The notes below the pieces were generated by a model that searched no databases, had not been told where the DNA came from, and worked only from the letters and a program-made list of their open reading frames with translations. From positions 12,710,001 through 12,774,000 of the forward strand of contig OZ024749.1 in NCBI GenBank assembly GCA_964016885.1: a stretch of DNA of 64,000 nt, given 5' to 3'. Position numbers and translations under genes: made by a program. Within the stretch, counting starts at the first letter, position 1. Each line of letters starts with the position of its first letter. This document shows positions 14,064-26,404 of the stretch, in pieces. The DNA comes from Eledone cirrhosa (Eukaryota).

Positions 14064-14827
14064 TGTGTGTGTCTGTGTGTGTCTGTGTGTGTCTGTGTGT
14101 GTCTGTGTGTGTGTGTGTGTCTGTGTCTGTGTGTGTGTGTATATCTGTGTGTGTGTGTGTGTCTGTATGTGTGTGTGTGTGTGTCTGTGTGTCTGTGTGT
14201 CTGTGTGTGTGTGTGTGTCTGTATATCTGTGTGTGTATGTCTATATATCTATGTATGTGTATATCTGTATATCTATGTATGTGTATATCTGTATATCTAT
14301 GTGTGTGTATGTCTGTATATCTATGTGTGTGTATGTCTGTATATCTGTGTGTGTGTGTGTGTATGTCTGTATATTTATGTGTGTATGTCTGTATATCTAT
14401 GTGTGTATGTCTATATATCTATGTGTGTGTATGTCTGTATATCTGTGTGTGTGTGTGTGTATGTCTGTATATCTGTGTGTGTGTATGTCTATATATGATG
14501 TAATAGTTAATCTGTCTGTATGTGTCTGCGTCTGTGTCTGCGTCTGTGTGTGCGTGTGTCTGCGTCTGTATCTGTGTGTGTGAGTGTCTGTGTGTGTGTG
14601 TGTGTGAGTGTGTGTGTGTCTGTGTGTGCGCATCAATGTATGCATGTGTGTGTGTATAATTACAGTGTGTGTGAGAGAGTGTGTGCATAATTAGTGTGCG
14701 CGTGTGTGTATAATTAGTGTGTGTGTGTATAATTAGTGTGTGTGTGTATATAATTATAGTGAATGTGTGTTGTGTATAATTACATGTGTATTTAATGTGT
14801 ATGTGTGTGTATATACAATTACAGTGA

Positions 14828-14870
<43 letters not shown>

Positions 14871-15160
14871 AGCGTATTATCTATTATTAAACAGTGTGTA
14901 TGCATGCATATATACGTGTGTTTATGTATATCACAGTGTGTGTGTAAGTGTTTATGTATATTCCAGTGTTGTGTGTGTGCGTTTACCTATAGCTTAGATG
15001 TGTGTGTTTCTCAGTGTGTGTGTTTATCTATATTCCAGTGTTGTGTGTGTGTGCGTCACCTATAGTTTATGTATGTATGTGTGTTCTGTAGTTTATAAGA
15101 GTGTAGCGTATGTATGTGTGTGTATGCATGCGAGCCTTCATGCGTCTATGTGTATATGTG
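12720..15160. repeat. Extended (TG)/(TA)/(TGTC) compound microsatellite region
   Basis: Direct reading; short C-rich interruption ~13680-13830. Confidence 0.95.
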
Positions 15161-15358
15161 TTCTTAAAATTTTTATTTTATTTTATTGTTGCTCTAGTAT
15201 AGATTTGTTGCTGGTATTGTTGTAGCTGTTGTTGTAGCTGTTGTTGTTGGTATTGTTGTTGCTGTTGAGTAACTATGTAGGTCAGTGGTTACCAAACTTA
15301 TTTTGTTATGGAATCCATATATTACAGACAGCCCCCCACCAACAGATTTCATAACACT

Positions 15359-15970
15359 TTAACCCTTTCATTACCATATTTCTAATGAAAGACACTGTCT
15401 ATGTCATTAACCCTTTCATTACCATATTTCTAATGAAAGAGACAGTCTATGTCATTAACCCTTTCATTACCATATTTCTAATGAAAGAGCCAGTCTATGT
15501 CATTAACCCTTTCATTACCATATTTCTAATGAAAGAGACAGTCTATGTCATTAACCCTTTCATTACCATATTTCTAATGAAAGTCACTGTCTATGACATT
15601 AACCCTTTCATTACCATATTTCTAATGAAAGACACTGTCTATGTCATTAACCCTTTCATTACCATATTTCTAATGAAAGACACTGTCTATGTCATTAACC
15701 CTTTCATTACCATATTTCTAATGAAAGACACTGTCTATGTCATTAACCCTTTCATTACCATATTTCTAATGAAAGACACTGTCTATGTCATTAACCCTTT
15801 CATTACCATATTTCTAATGAAAGACACTGTCTATGTCATTAACCCTTTCATTACCATATTTCCAATGAAAGACACTGTCTATGTTATTAACCCTTTCATT
15901 ACCATATTTCTAATGAAACACACTGTCTATGTCTTTAACCCTTTCATTACCATATTTCTAATGAAATACA
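15359..15970 (+). repeat. 48-bp tandem array (~13 copies) made from the terminus of piggyBac-like family A
   Basis: Unit TTAAccctttcattaccatatttctaatgaaagacactgtctatgtca; last unit runs into the family-A body. Confidence 0.9.
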
Positions 15971-16207
15971 CTGCCCAAGATTTTCAAACTATTTTTAAAA
16001 TAACCAACAACTTAGAATATTATAACTAACTTATTCATTAAGATGGTGTTTGGAGCATAACTTAATGAAGGTTTGTACATAAAATTGTGATAGAAGGTTT
16101 TAGATAAATATAAATACTTTAATCCTTTTGTTATCTCAAATAATTTTGAAAATAATCAAGAATTTGGATTGATTTAGTAATACAAATAACTTTCTCATTA
16201 TTAAGCT

Positions 16208-16396
16208 GGTAGAGCGTTGGATACTCTGCTTCATGGCATGGAGTTATGGCCCTTTGAGTTCTGAGTTAAAATCCCATCAAGGTTAGCTTTGCCTTTCATC
16301 CTTTCGGCATCAATAAAATAAAGTACCAGTCATGAACTGGGGTTGATTTAATCAACATACCCCTCCCCATAATTGCTGGCCTTGTGCCTAAATCTG
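16208..16396 (+). mobile_element. SINE-A, old copy
   Basis: gagttaaaatccc..ctttgcctttcatcctttcgg..aaataaagtaccagt. Confidence 0.75.
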
Positions 16397-16471
16397 TTAC
16401 ATTATTGAGTTGGTGTTTGGAACATGACAAGTTCTGAGATGAAATTATGATGGAAGGTTTTTAGATAAATA

Positions 16472-16767
16472 CTAGCAGAATGGCCCGGCTTTGCTCGGGA
16501 TGTGCTCTAGGGTTCTTATATTTGATATATATTTATCCTTATCGAGCCTCGTGAAATAAATACATTTGTTTATATTTTGTTATTGTGTATGCAAAAATAT
16601 CTGTACACGAATATATAATTATATATCATCATCATCATTGTCGTTTAACGTCCATCTTCCATGCTTGCATGGGTTTGGATGGGAGTTTTCCCACGTGAGG
16701 CAAGATTGGTTGTCCTGCTCGTATAGGACTGTCTGCCCTTCCTAACACCAACCGCGTTTACAGTGTG

Positions 16768-16811
<44 letters not shown>

Positions 16812-17283
16812 ATAATAATAAATTTGAAGACTAAAATCCAAAGAGGGCTGGATAAGGATAATATATATATCAAATATATAAGAACTGTAGAGCAAACATT
16901 TATTAAAATAACAGATTAAAGTTTAAGCAAAGAATCGCTGCTTTCACCCTTAACAGGATCTTCTGAAACTAAAAAAAATCAATCTGTGAACGCAGAAATA
17001 AATATTTTGAAAAACGTTACACACTATATATATATATACACATACATATATATATACACACACTATATATACATATATATACACACACATATTATAGAGA
17101 GAGATCGCTAAATCGCCTAATGCTGTCCTTAGGGCATTGAAAATTTGAAATATTTATATTTTTGTTCAAAACACTCACAGAACCATAAGTATTACATGTA
17201 TAAAGTTTGAAAACAATCGGTTCGGTGGTTCTCGAGTTTTAGGGAGTCAGATAGACAGACATTCTCTGTTTTAGATATATAGA
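16472..17283 (-). mobile_element. Non-autonomous Helitron with nested repeats
   Basis: Minus strand starts TCtatatatctaaaacag..tgtctgtc and ends with hairpin cccgagcaaagccggg then CTAG. Inserted between A and T with no TSD; the joined flanks match the uninterrupted host repeat at ~16100. Confidence 0.85.
16626..16772 (-). mobile_element. 3' fragment of SINE-B / RTE 3' UTR with (GAT)n tail
   Basis: rc of ccaaacccatgcaagcatggaagatggacgttaaacga..gatgatg. Confidence 0.8.
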
Positions 17284-17651
17284 TAAACACTTTAAATCTT
17301 ACGTTACTAGAGTTTCAAATAATTTTGAAAATAAATCAAGAATTTGGAGGGATTTAGTTACATAATCAACTTCCTAATTATTAAGCTGTTGGTGTGTTGA
17401 TGGTGGTAGTGGTGGTGATGTTAGTGATTGTGGTGTTGGTGGTCGTAGTAAAATGGTAGAAGTAAAAGGTAGGAGTGGGGTGGGTGATAACATTCTGAGA
17501 GTTTCAGGAACTGATAAAAGTTTTATTTCATCAAGCATGCCAACACACATGTTGGTGTATATGCCTGCCTGTAAGTGAGTGCCTAAAAAAATTCTTTTTT
17601 GTTTTGCCTTGTTTTCATCCATTGTCTTGTCCTCTCTTTGTTGATTCTCCA

Positions 17652-17768
17652 AAGCTCATGGAGGAGATGGCAAAGGACTGTGACAAATGGAGAGATGCTG
17701 TGCTGAATAGGACCCGTCCCACCCTTGCAAGCAGGGAAAAGCGGATGTAAAATGATGATGATGATGAT
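17652..17768 (+). mobile_element. 3' end of a second RTE LINE family
   Basis: LMEEMAKDCDKWRDAVLNRTRPTLASREKRM* followed by (GAT)n. Confidence 0.75.
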
Positions 17769-17777
17769 ATATATATA

Positions 17778-18105
17778 CAGTTGTTCCCTGGTATTGGCGG
17801 GGGGGTTATGTTCCTAGAGCACCCGTAAAGAGTGAAAAACCACAAATATTGGACGTGGTCCATAAAAATGCCTATAAATGTCAAAACATAATGTAAGATA
17901 TGGGCTAGCAACTAACAGTATATTGTGATTGATAATTTAGTGTTAAAAAGAGTGAAAAAATATATATTGTCACGAAAAAAGCCATAAAAAAATTGCAGAA
18001 GATGTTTACAATTCCGTTATGTGGTGGCTTCCACCAATAATTATTAGTTAGGTTCTAAGGAAAATTCCACGAATAACCGGGACCATGAATGACGAGACAA
18101 CACTG
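17778..18105. mobile_element. Tigger/pogo-like (Tc1/mariner) MITE
   Basis: ta-CAGTTGTTCCCTGGTATTGGCGG... and degenerate inverted end ...catgaatgacgagacaacaCTG-ca. Confidence 0.65.
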
Positions 18106-18120
18106 CATATATATATATAT

Positions 18121-18712
<592 letters not shown>

Positions 18713-18721
18713 TGTTTATGT

Positions 18722-19080
18722 CAGGTCGCTCTTGAGCATTGTTGGTAACAAGTAACCCAGTACAACCTGTTGGGTTGTTGGTAACTGTAGGATGAAAAAC
18801 AAAACCTGTCAAAGGGTGGAAGAACTTGGGACAGTCACACATTCACTGGTCATCCAATAATGGCAGTATGTCTAGGAGAGCGATCACTCTGATTTTAAAA
18901 CTGGGAAAGATGGGACTCCTTAGTCAGTTTGGTAAGAAGCTTTCAAGTGGTAAATGGCTTCAACCTTGTGGTGAAGGTAGATGAGCTGTGCCACAACAGC
19001 TTCTGAGTAATAGTCGGACAAGGATTTGGGACTCACCGATGTCACTTTTTCCCCATGAAAATCATGGACAACCAACATTA
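18722..19080 (+). mobile_element. RTE-type LINE 5' UTR fragment
   Basis: Homologous to 44205-44500 (ccagtacaacctgt, aaaacaaaacctgtcaaaggg, tctaggaga..actctga). Confidence 0.5.
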
Positions 19081-19090
19081 TATAAATGGC

Positions 19091-19637
19091 AGATAGACAG
19101 TATCAGTAATGGAAAGACCAATGGAAACATTATTCCCCTGGTCTGATCTGATGATCAGCTCCTTTCTTTTGCCAGGATTTCAACAGATAGACAGTATCAG
19201 TAATGGAAAGACCAATGGAAACATTATTCCCCTGGTCTGATCTGATGATCAGCTCCTTTCTTTTGCCAGGATTTCAACAGATAGACAGTATCAGTAATGG
19301 AAAGACCAATGGAAACATTATTCCCCTGGTCTGATCTGATGATCAGCTCCTTTCTTTTGCCAGGATTTCAACAGATAGACAGTATCAGTAATGGAAAGAC
19401 CAATGGAAACATTATTCCCCTGGTCTGATCTGATGATCAGCTCCTTTCTTTTGCCAGGATTTCAACAGATAGACAGTATCAGTAATGGAAAGACCAATGG
19501 AAACATTATTCCCCTGGTCTGATCTGATGATCAGCTCCTTTCTTTTGCCAGGATTTCAACAGATAGACAGTATCAGTAATGGAAAGACCAATGGAAACAT
19601 TATTCCCCTGGTCTGATCTGATGATCAGCTCCTTTCC
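19091..19637. repeat. 94-bp tandem repeat, ~5.8 near-identical copies
   Basis: Units start 19091, 19185, 19279, 19373, 19467, 19561. Confidence 0.97.
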
Positions 19638-19968
19638 TTTTTTTGAACAGTAAAAGGAAGAGTGTTTGCTTGCTTAGAGGGTCTGACTAGTCTGGGTAGA
19701 ACAAATAAGTTTTAGCTTTATGGGACAGCTGGATATTTAAGGGGTCAGATTGAACTATAAAATATATTAGAAGATAAAGGGAAGAAAGTAACAAGAAATA
19801 GTTTTTAAGAAATAAACGGGGTTTTGGGGGGGACAGGGTGGGGTTACAAACATTTCTAGATGTATTTAGAGTGAAGTTTTATTTCATCAAATGCAATGCA
19901 CCCCCCCCCAACAAACAATTGTAATCTGGTTTCTCTTTCTCTCTCGTTCTCCTTCTCTCTCTATATCA

Positions 19969-20004
<36 letters not shown>

Positions 20005-20332
20005 CCCATATACTGACATACTCTCTCTCTCAGTTTCTTTATATCACACTGTTTCTCTTTCTCTCTACCCACAACACTTCACACTTACACAACCCCACCT
20101 TCTCTCTCTTTCTCCTTTCCATAAAAAAACAAATCCTTTATTTCGGTGGCTGTGCAGCCTCCTTCATTTTCACACATGACTGGCTTTTATAATATGCAAT
20201 ATGCAACATAAATACACCACACGCACACACACACACACACATACATACACACACGTAGACACACAAATACCAAATACCATGTCTGCAACAAACAGATTTC
20301 ACACACGAGAGACATACAAACACAAAAACTTT

Positions 20333-20370
<38 letters not shown>

Positions 20371-20539
20371 CACACACAAAGAATATATATATATATGTAA
20401 TGCATATATTGATATTCAAATTTTTCGCACTTCTTTGCTTCTGTAGAGCTCCCCCCCCCCATATCTTCTGTGCCCTCACCACCCCCTATCCCAACATCTT
20501 GATCCATGTCGGCAGCCCTCTCCCACCCATTCCACCCCC

Positions 20540-21050
20540 ATCAGCCACCACAACCAGCCCCACCATCAACCACACTAACAACCACACTACCACCACCACT
20601 ACTAACCACACCACCACTACTATTAGCCACACCACTACTCACACCACCACCACTAACCACACCACCCACACCACCACCTCTACTAACCACACCACCACCG
20701 CCACTAACCACACCACCACCACCACCCACACCACAGTCACCACTACTAACCACCACCACCACCACTACTAACCACCACCACCACCACTACTACTAACCAC
20801 ACCACCACCACCACTACCCACACCTCTACTAACCACACCACCACCACTACTAACCGCACCACCACCACGACTACTAACCGCACCACCACCACCCACACCA
20901 CCACCACAATCACCACTACTAACCACCACCACCACCACTACTACTAACCACACCAGTCACCACTACTAACCACCACCACCACCCACACCACCACCACTAC
21001 CCACACTACCACCACCACCCCTACTACCCACACCGCCACTCCAACCATGC
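20540..21050. repeat. (CAC)/(CTA)-rich low-complexity repeat
   Basis: Direct reading. Confidence 0.9.
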
Positions 21051-21705
21051 CACTCTCCCCCTACTCTGTCAGCTGCTGGAAACAACCCTAGACTGGTGGT
21101 TCACACCATTACTCACTCACATCACATGACTGACGGGGGAGGGGGAGGAGGAATCATGAGTGTGTGTGTCACTGTGACTGTGTGTCTGTGGCCCTGTATG
21201 TGTATGTGTATATGTGTATGTGTCTGTGTATATGTGTGTCAGTGTCTGGTTGTGTCTGTGCCTCGTGTATGTGTGTCTGTATGAGTGTGTCTGGTTGTGT
21301 GTGTGTCTGGTTGGGTGTGTATGCCTGTGTGTCTGGTTGTGTGTGTGTGTGCGAGTGTGTGTGTATGTGTGTGTTATAGAGATGTATAAGCTGTTATAAC
21401 TGATATGTTTGTGTCTGTGTCCATGTCTCTCTCTCTCTCTGTGCGCGTGTGCGCGTGCGCGTGCGCGTGCGTCTCTCCATGTGTGTGTGTCACTGTCTCC
21501 ATGTGTGTGACTGTGCAAGTGTTTAAAGTGTGTATATATATATATATTCATCCGCCAAAACTTAGGGTTGCCCCCCTTGTCGAGCCCCACATGGGTTTTG
21601 ATAATGGTCAGTCCTTCGCTTGGCACTTCAACTAAAAGCCTGTTGAGAAAGTGACTTCCTTGTTCGAACATCTTACCAAAAGCTTAACATTATTTGTCTA
21701 AGCAG

Positions 21706-21895
21706 TGGTGGTGAATTGGCAGTATCGGTAGAGGGTCGGACGCCATGCTTTGACGCATAGAGTTACGGCCCTTGCCATTCTGAGTTCAAATCCCGCCGAG
21801 GTTAACTTTGCCTTTCATCCTTACGGGGTCCATAAAATAAAGTACCAGTAATACACTGGCCAATTGCTAGCCTTGTGCCAAAAGTAGAAACAATT
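21706..21895 (+). mobile_element. SINE-A, full length, 17-bp TSD
   Basis: A-box tggcagtatcgg, B-box gagttcaaatccc; TSD attatttgtctaagcag at 21689-21705 and 21893-21909. Confidence 0.92.
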
Positions 21896-22223
21896 ATTTG
21901 TCTAAGCAGACAGTACTTGATTTAGGAGTTGCAGAAACCCAATGCTGGATTTTTACCAACCATCCAGGGGTCCGGGTATAGTTTTCAATCATATTTTATT
22001 TTTTGTTTGACCCGAATTACTTGGTCGTTTCCATGGCTGTGCGGATAATGGTTTAACCATCGTCTCAGTGTATTTGGCCTTTTAACTTATGTTGTAGCTC
22101 TAGTTCACTAGCTTCTATGGAGCGCTTGCCACACATCTCAGAAGTTGTTTTTCGCTAATTTCCAATAGCCGAAATACGATTCTCACTAATTTATATATAT
22201 ATTTATATATATATATATATATA

Positions 22224-23083
22224 ATACCACTATTAGCCGCTAAAGGGTTCTCCCTAAAAATGAAAGGCAGGTTGTATGATGCCTGCATACGAACAGCAAT
22301 GTTGCATGGCAGCGAGACCTGGGCATTGTGTGCAGAGGATATACGCAGACTAGAGAGGAACGAAGCTTGCATGCTCCGCTGGATGTGTAATAGTAATATA
22401 CGTGAACGGCAAAGCATAAACGAACTAAGGAAAAAATTAGAAATAAGAGGGATCAGATGTTGTTTACTCGAGAGAAGGCTACGTTGGTATGGTCACGTGA
22501 TGCGCATGAAAGACGATAGTTGTATAACAAAGTGCAGGGCAATAAAGATAGACGGTAGCCACGGAGTAGGCAGACCCAGAAAAACCTGGGACGAGCTGAT
22601 AAATTCCGACCTCACACACTTACACCTCTCCAAGACAATGTCACTGGACCGAGACCTTTGGCGGTACTCAGTAATAGAGAAGACCCGCCTTACCTAAATA
22701 CAAAGTAAAACCTACTACAGTCAGTAGGCATCTCTAACAAAATACACCCCCATCCCACCACCCCCACCCCATCCACACCGCCCCTTTCAATGTAAAGTTA
22801 TGTTGGTGCCACAACATCCAGGCCGAAACAAATGAGATCGTGTAGGTGTCACGACAAAAAACACACAGCCCACGCTGTAATGTGGCCGTGTAGGCAACAC
22901 GGTAAAAACCTCCCAGCCCCACACTGTAAATGTGGTTGGTGTTAGGAAGGGCATCCAAATGTAGAAAACCCGCCAGACAGTCCTATGCGAGCAAGACAAT
23001 CACTCTTGCCTCAAGTGGGAATACCCCCGTCCAAACCCATGCAAGCGTGGAATACGGACGTTAAACGTTGATGATGATGATGA
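22224..23083 (+). mobile_element. 5'-truncated RTE LINE: ORF C-terminus, 3' UTR and (GAT)n tail
   Basis: ORF 22260-22697 KGRLYDACIRTAMLHGSETWAL...RRLRWYGHVMRM...GRPRKTW...DRDLWR; tail ggacgttaaacgttgatgatgat. Confidence 0.95.
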
Positions 23084-23241
23084 TATATATATATATTACA
23101 GACTCTAACCATGATTTGTTAGTAAAGACCAACATGAAGAAGTACCAACATTAATAAAGATATACACAAACACACACATATGTATACCTACACACACACA
23201 CACACATACATATATATACCTATACACCTATATATATATAG

Positions 23242-23301
<60 letters not shown>

Positions 23302-23479
23302 CATATACGCACATTTATACATACACACACGTACATACATCATATACACCTATACACACACGTACTCATCCATATGTCTACTTACATTTACCAACAAGAC
23401 TTGACAAGAAATGACTACATAGTTGTGTGTGTATATATATATATATAAATAAAAGGTACGATCGACTTTCGTCAAATTG

Positions 23480-23672
23480 GACCAAGAAAACAATGTCTCC
23501 ATTGGTCTTTCCAATTGCTAATACTATCTATCGGTCGCAATTCCAGGTAGAAGGAACAACATGAAATAAAGTGTCTTGCTCAAGGTCATAACGCATTGCC
23601 CGGTCAGGGAATCGAACTCACAACCTCACGATTGCAAATCCAATTCTCTAACCACTCAGCCACACACCTTCA
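23480..23672 (-). mobile_element. tRNA/CORE SINE variant
   Basis: rc gtggctgagtggttagag..gagttcgattccc..ccttgagcaagacactttatttca. Confidence 0.75.
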
Positions 23673-23867
23673 CGTTTTTATATGTGAGTTCCGGGTTCAA
23701 TTGGGTGATGATTTTTTTTCGAAGGAAACAGTTCTAGTCCTGTAAAAGCCATTTCTCTCTCTCTCTCTCTATATATATAAAATATAAAATCATCCCATGG
23801 ACTGAGTGCTCTACCACTACGGATATTACCTTCCAGTCTTCTCTCTCTCATATATATATATATATAT

Positions 23868-24216
23868 AATCATCATCATTTCATTTTACGTTTACTTTTC
23901 CCTGCTTGCAAGGGTGGGACGGGAACTGATTCTGGCTTGATTTCTACAGCTGGATGCCCTTCCTAACACCAACCTCATTTACAGTGAGTGCTGGGTGCTT
24001 TTTTGCCGTGGCACCTCCACGACCACTTTGCAGTGGAATGATAGGGACCCCAATCCTTATCTCATTTCTACAGCTGAGTAAACTGGAGCAATGTGAAATA
24101 AAGTGCCTTGCTCAAGGAAACAACACATCACCCGGTCTGAGAATTGAACTCACAACCTTTCGATTGCAAGGCCAATGCTCTAACCGCAAGGCCAATGCTC
24201 TAACCACTAAGCCATA
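23868..24216 (-). mobile_element. SINE-B (tRNA head + CORE + RTE tail)
   Basis: Collinear with 34703-35056; small internal duplication in the head. Confidence 0.92.
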
Positions 24217-24259
<43 letters not shown>

Positions 24260-24838
24260 ATATATATATAACTGCAAAGTGGTCGTGGAGGTGCCATGGC
24301 AAAAAAGCACCCAGCCCAGACTGTAAAGTGGACATGTAGGCGCCATGGGAAAAAAAAAAAAAAAAAAAAAAAAGCACCCACCACTCAGAGTTCAAGGTAG
24401 CGTCCATATGCGGTAGGCCGTATGAGCACTCAATGCCCTTGTAGAGCAAAGTATGATATCACAATAAAAAAAGAATCAGTGTTGTGACTAAAGGAATTTA
24501 TTGGACATATTACAATCGTTTCATGGGCAACCAGCTCGAGGCACGAACGATGTGGTGATCAAACCTGACTCTGAAATCGCGCGGTCCTTGGATATGTCTC
24601 GATTCCTCGAACCAGATTTTCCTATTTTTTTTCTGTGATATATATATTATATATATATAATTATGATTAAAAGTTTAACAAGGTTCAATGAATTAATCAA
24701 TGAATAAAGTTTCACAATAGAGTTATTAATATTACTTCAAAATATTAATAAATATATTTGATCACATGAATGTCTATATTTATTAATATATATATATATA
24801 TAATATAAGATCAAAAGATGGTTAAAATAGTTCCAAGT

Positions 24839-24907
24839 ATTTTATTATGCACATTTCAAAAACAAATATCATCATGGGATGATATCTGCGTTCTAATCAG
24901 ATAAAAT
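24839..24907 (-). ncRNA. Degenerate type-I hammerhead motif (G8 to U)
   Basis: ttttat-CTGATTA-long stem II-GAAA-tgtgca-TA-ataaaa; perfect 6-bp stem I. Confidence 0.6.
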
Positions 24908-24987
24908 AGGGAGACATGATATGAAGCTTAAAAAACACTTGTGAGCAGTGAAGTTTTAAATCAACATATAAAACTCACCTCCTACAT

Positions 24988-25408
24988 TGGAGGCACATGG
25001 CTTAGTGGTTAGAGCATTGGCCTTGCAATTGAAAGGTTGTGAGTTCAATTCTCAGACCGGGTGATGTGTTGTTTCCTTGAGCAAGACACTTTATTTCACA
25101 TTGCTTCAGTTTGCTCAGCTGTAGAAATGAGATGATAGGGACTGGGGTAAACTGGTGTAAACTGAGTGCTGGGTGCTTTTTTGCCGTGGCACCTCCACGA
25201 CCACTTTACAGTAGAATGATAGGGACCCCAGTCCCTATCATTCTACTGTAAAGTGGTCGTGGAGGTGCCACGGCAAAAAAGCACCCAGCACTCACTGTAA
25301 ATGAGGTTGGTGTTAGGAAGGGCATCCAGCTGTAGAAATCAAGCCAGTAGCAGTTCCCGTCCCACCCTTGCAAGCTGGGAAAAGCAGATGTAAAATGATG
25401 ATGATGAT
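24988..25408 (+). mobile_element. SINE-B with internal inverted duplication
   Basis: ggaggcacatggcttagtggttagagc..., CORE ccttgagcaagacacttt, palindrome 25163-25294, (GAT)n tail. Confidence 0.92.
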
Positions 25409-25416
25409 ATATATAT

Positions 25417-25449
<33 letters not shown>

Positions 25450-25579
25450 TACACACACACATACATACACCATTCCTATAAATTAAAGTATGGTTTGGTG
25501 TTGGGAAGGGCATCAAGTTGTAGAATGACATCAAAATACCTCGTTGACCCTATATCAACATAGAACTGTGCTGGCAAAA

Positions 25580-26012
25580 TTAATGATGGTGGTGGTGGTG
25601 GCTGTGGTGATAAAGATGATGATGATGGTAATGGTGATGAAGATGATGGTGGTGGTAATGATGATGAAGATGATGGTGGTGGTAATGATGATGGTGACAG
25701 CAGTGGTGATGATTGTGATAAAGATGATAGTGAAGACCATGAGGATAACATGAGGAGGGAGAGAAAGAGGGAGAGAAAGAGAGACTGGTGGTTATGGAGT
25801 GAAGGGAGAAGAGTTGGAGTAGAGGTTGGGGAGAAGTGAGACTGAGCTGAGTGGAGGTGAGAGACATGTCTCTGAGTTGAGTGAGGGAAGGAGGAGAGGG
25901 TGATAGGAGGAGGGAGAGAGAGATGTCTTTGAGTTGAGTGAGGGAAGAAGGAGAGGGTGATAGGGGTGGAGAGAGAGAGATGTCTGAGTGAAGGAGGGAG
26001 AGATAGAGAGAG
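25580..26012. repeat. (GAT/GGT)n followed by GA-rich repeat
   Basis: Direct reading. Confidence 0.85.
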
Positions 26013-26169
26013 TAAATTCTGATCAATCAGTTTTGTAAGTTTGTTTATAAAATATAATTAATGGTGGAACATGATTGATGGAGGTGAATCACCCTGAAGA
26101 GAGAGAGGCAGAGAGATCGAATGTAACACACTCTCTCTGATATATATACACATACACATACATACTGGT

Positions 26170-26376
26170 GTGTAGGTGCCATGACAAAACGCACTCAGTA
26201 CTCACTGTAAATGTGGTTGGCATTAGGAAGGGCCGCCAGCTATTGAAACCAAGCCAAGATCAGTTCTATATGAGCAAGACATGGTCACCTGACCTGGCCT
26301 ATCACACAATAAGACAACTCATCTAACCCATGCTAGCGTGGAAAGATGGACGTTAAATGGTAGTGATGATGATGAT
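26170..26376 (+). mobile_element. 3' half of SINE-B / RTE 3' UTR
   Basis: ctcactgtaaatgtggttggcattaggaaggg...ctaacccatgctagcgtgg..gatgatgat. Confidence 0.8.
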
Positions 26377-26404
26377 ATATATATCATCATCATCATCATA
26401 TATA

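Noticed and set aside
15385-16029. MKDTVYVINPFITIFL repeat ORF and its look-alike at 59436-60035
   Set aside because: The 48-bp unit is a transposon terminus; the apparent protein homology reflects DNA repeat homology.
19145-19165. CTGATGA in each 94-bp unit (tandem retrozyme-like or snoRNA box)
   Set aside because: No stem II closing onto GAAA and no stem I/III pairing; the unit is SINE-derived.
24988-25062. tRNA gene
   Set aside because: A and B boxes are present but there is no proper cloverleaf, and it runs into CORE and a LINE tail: a SINE head. The same applies to all SINE-A heads.
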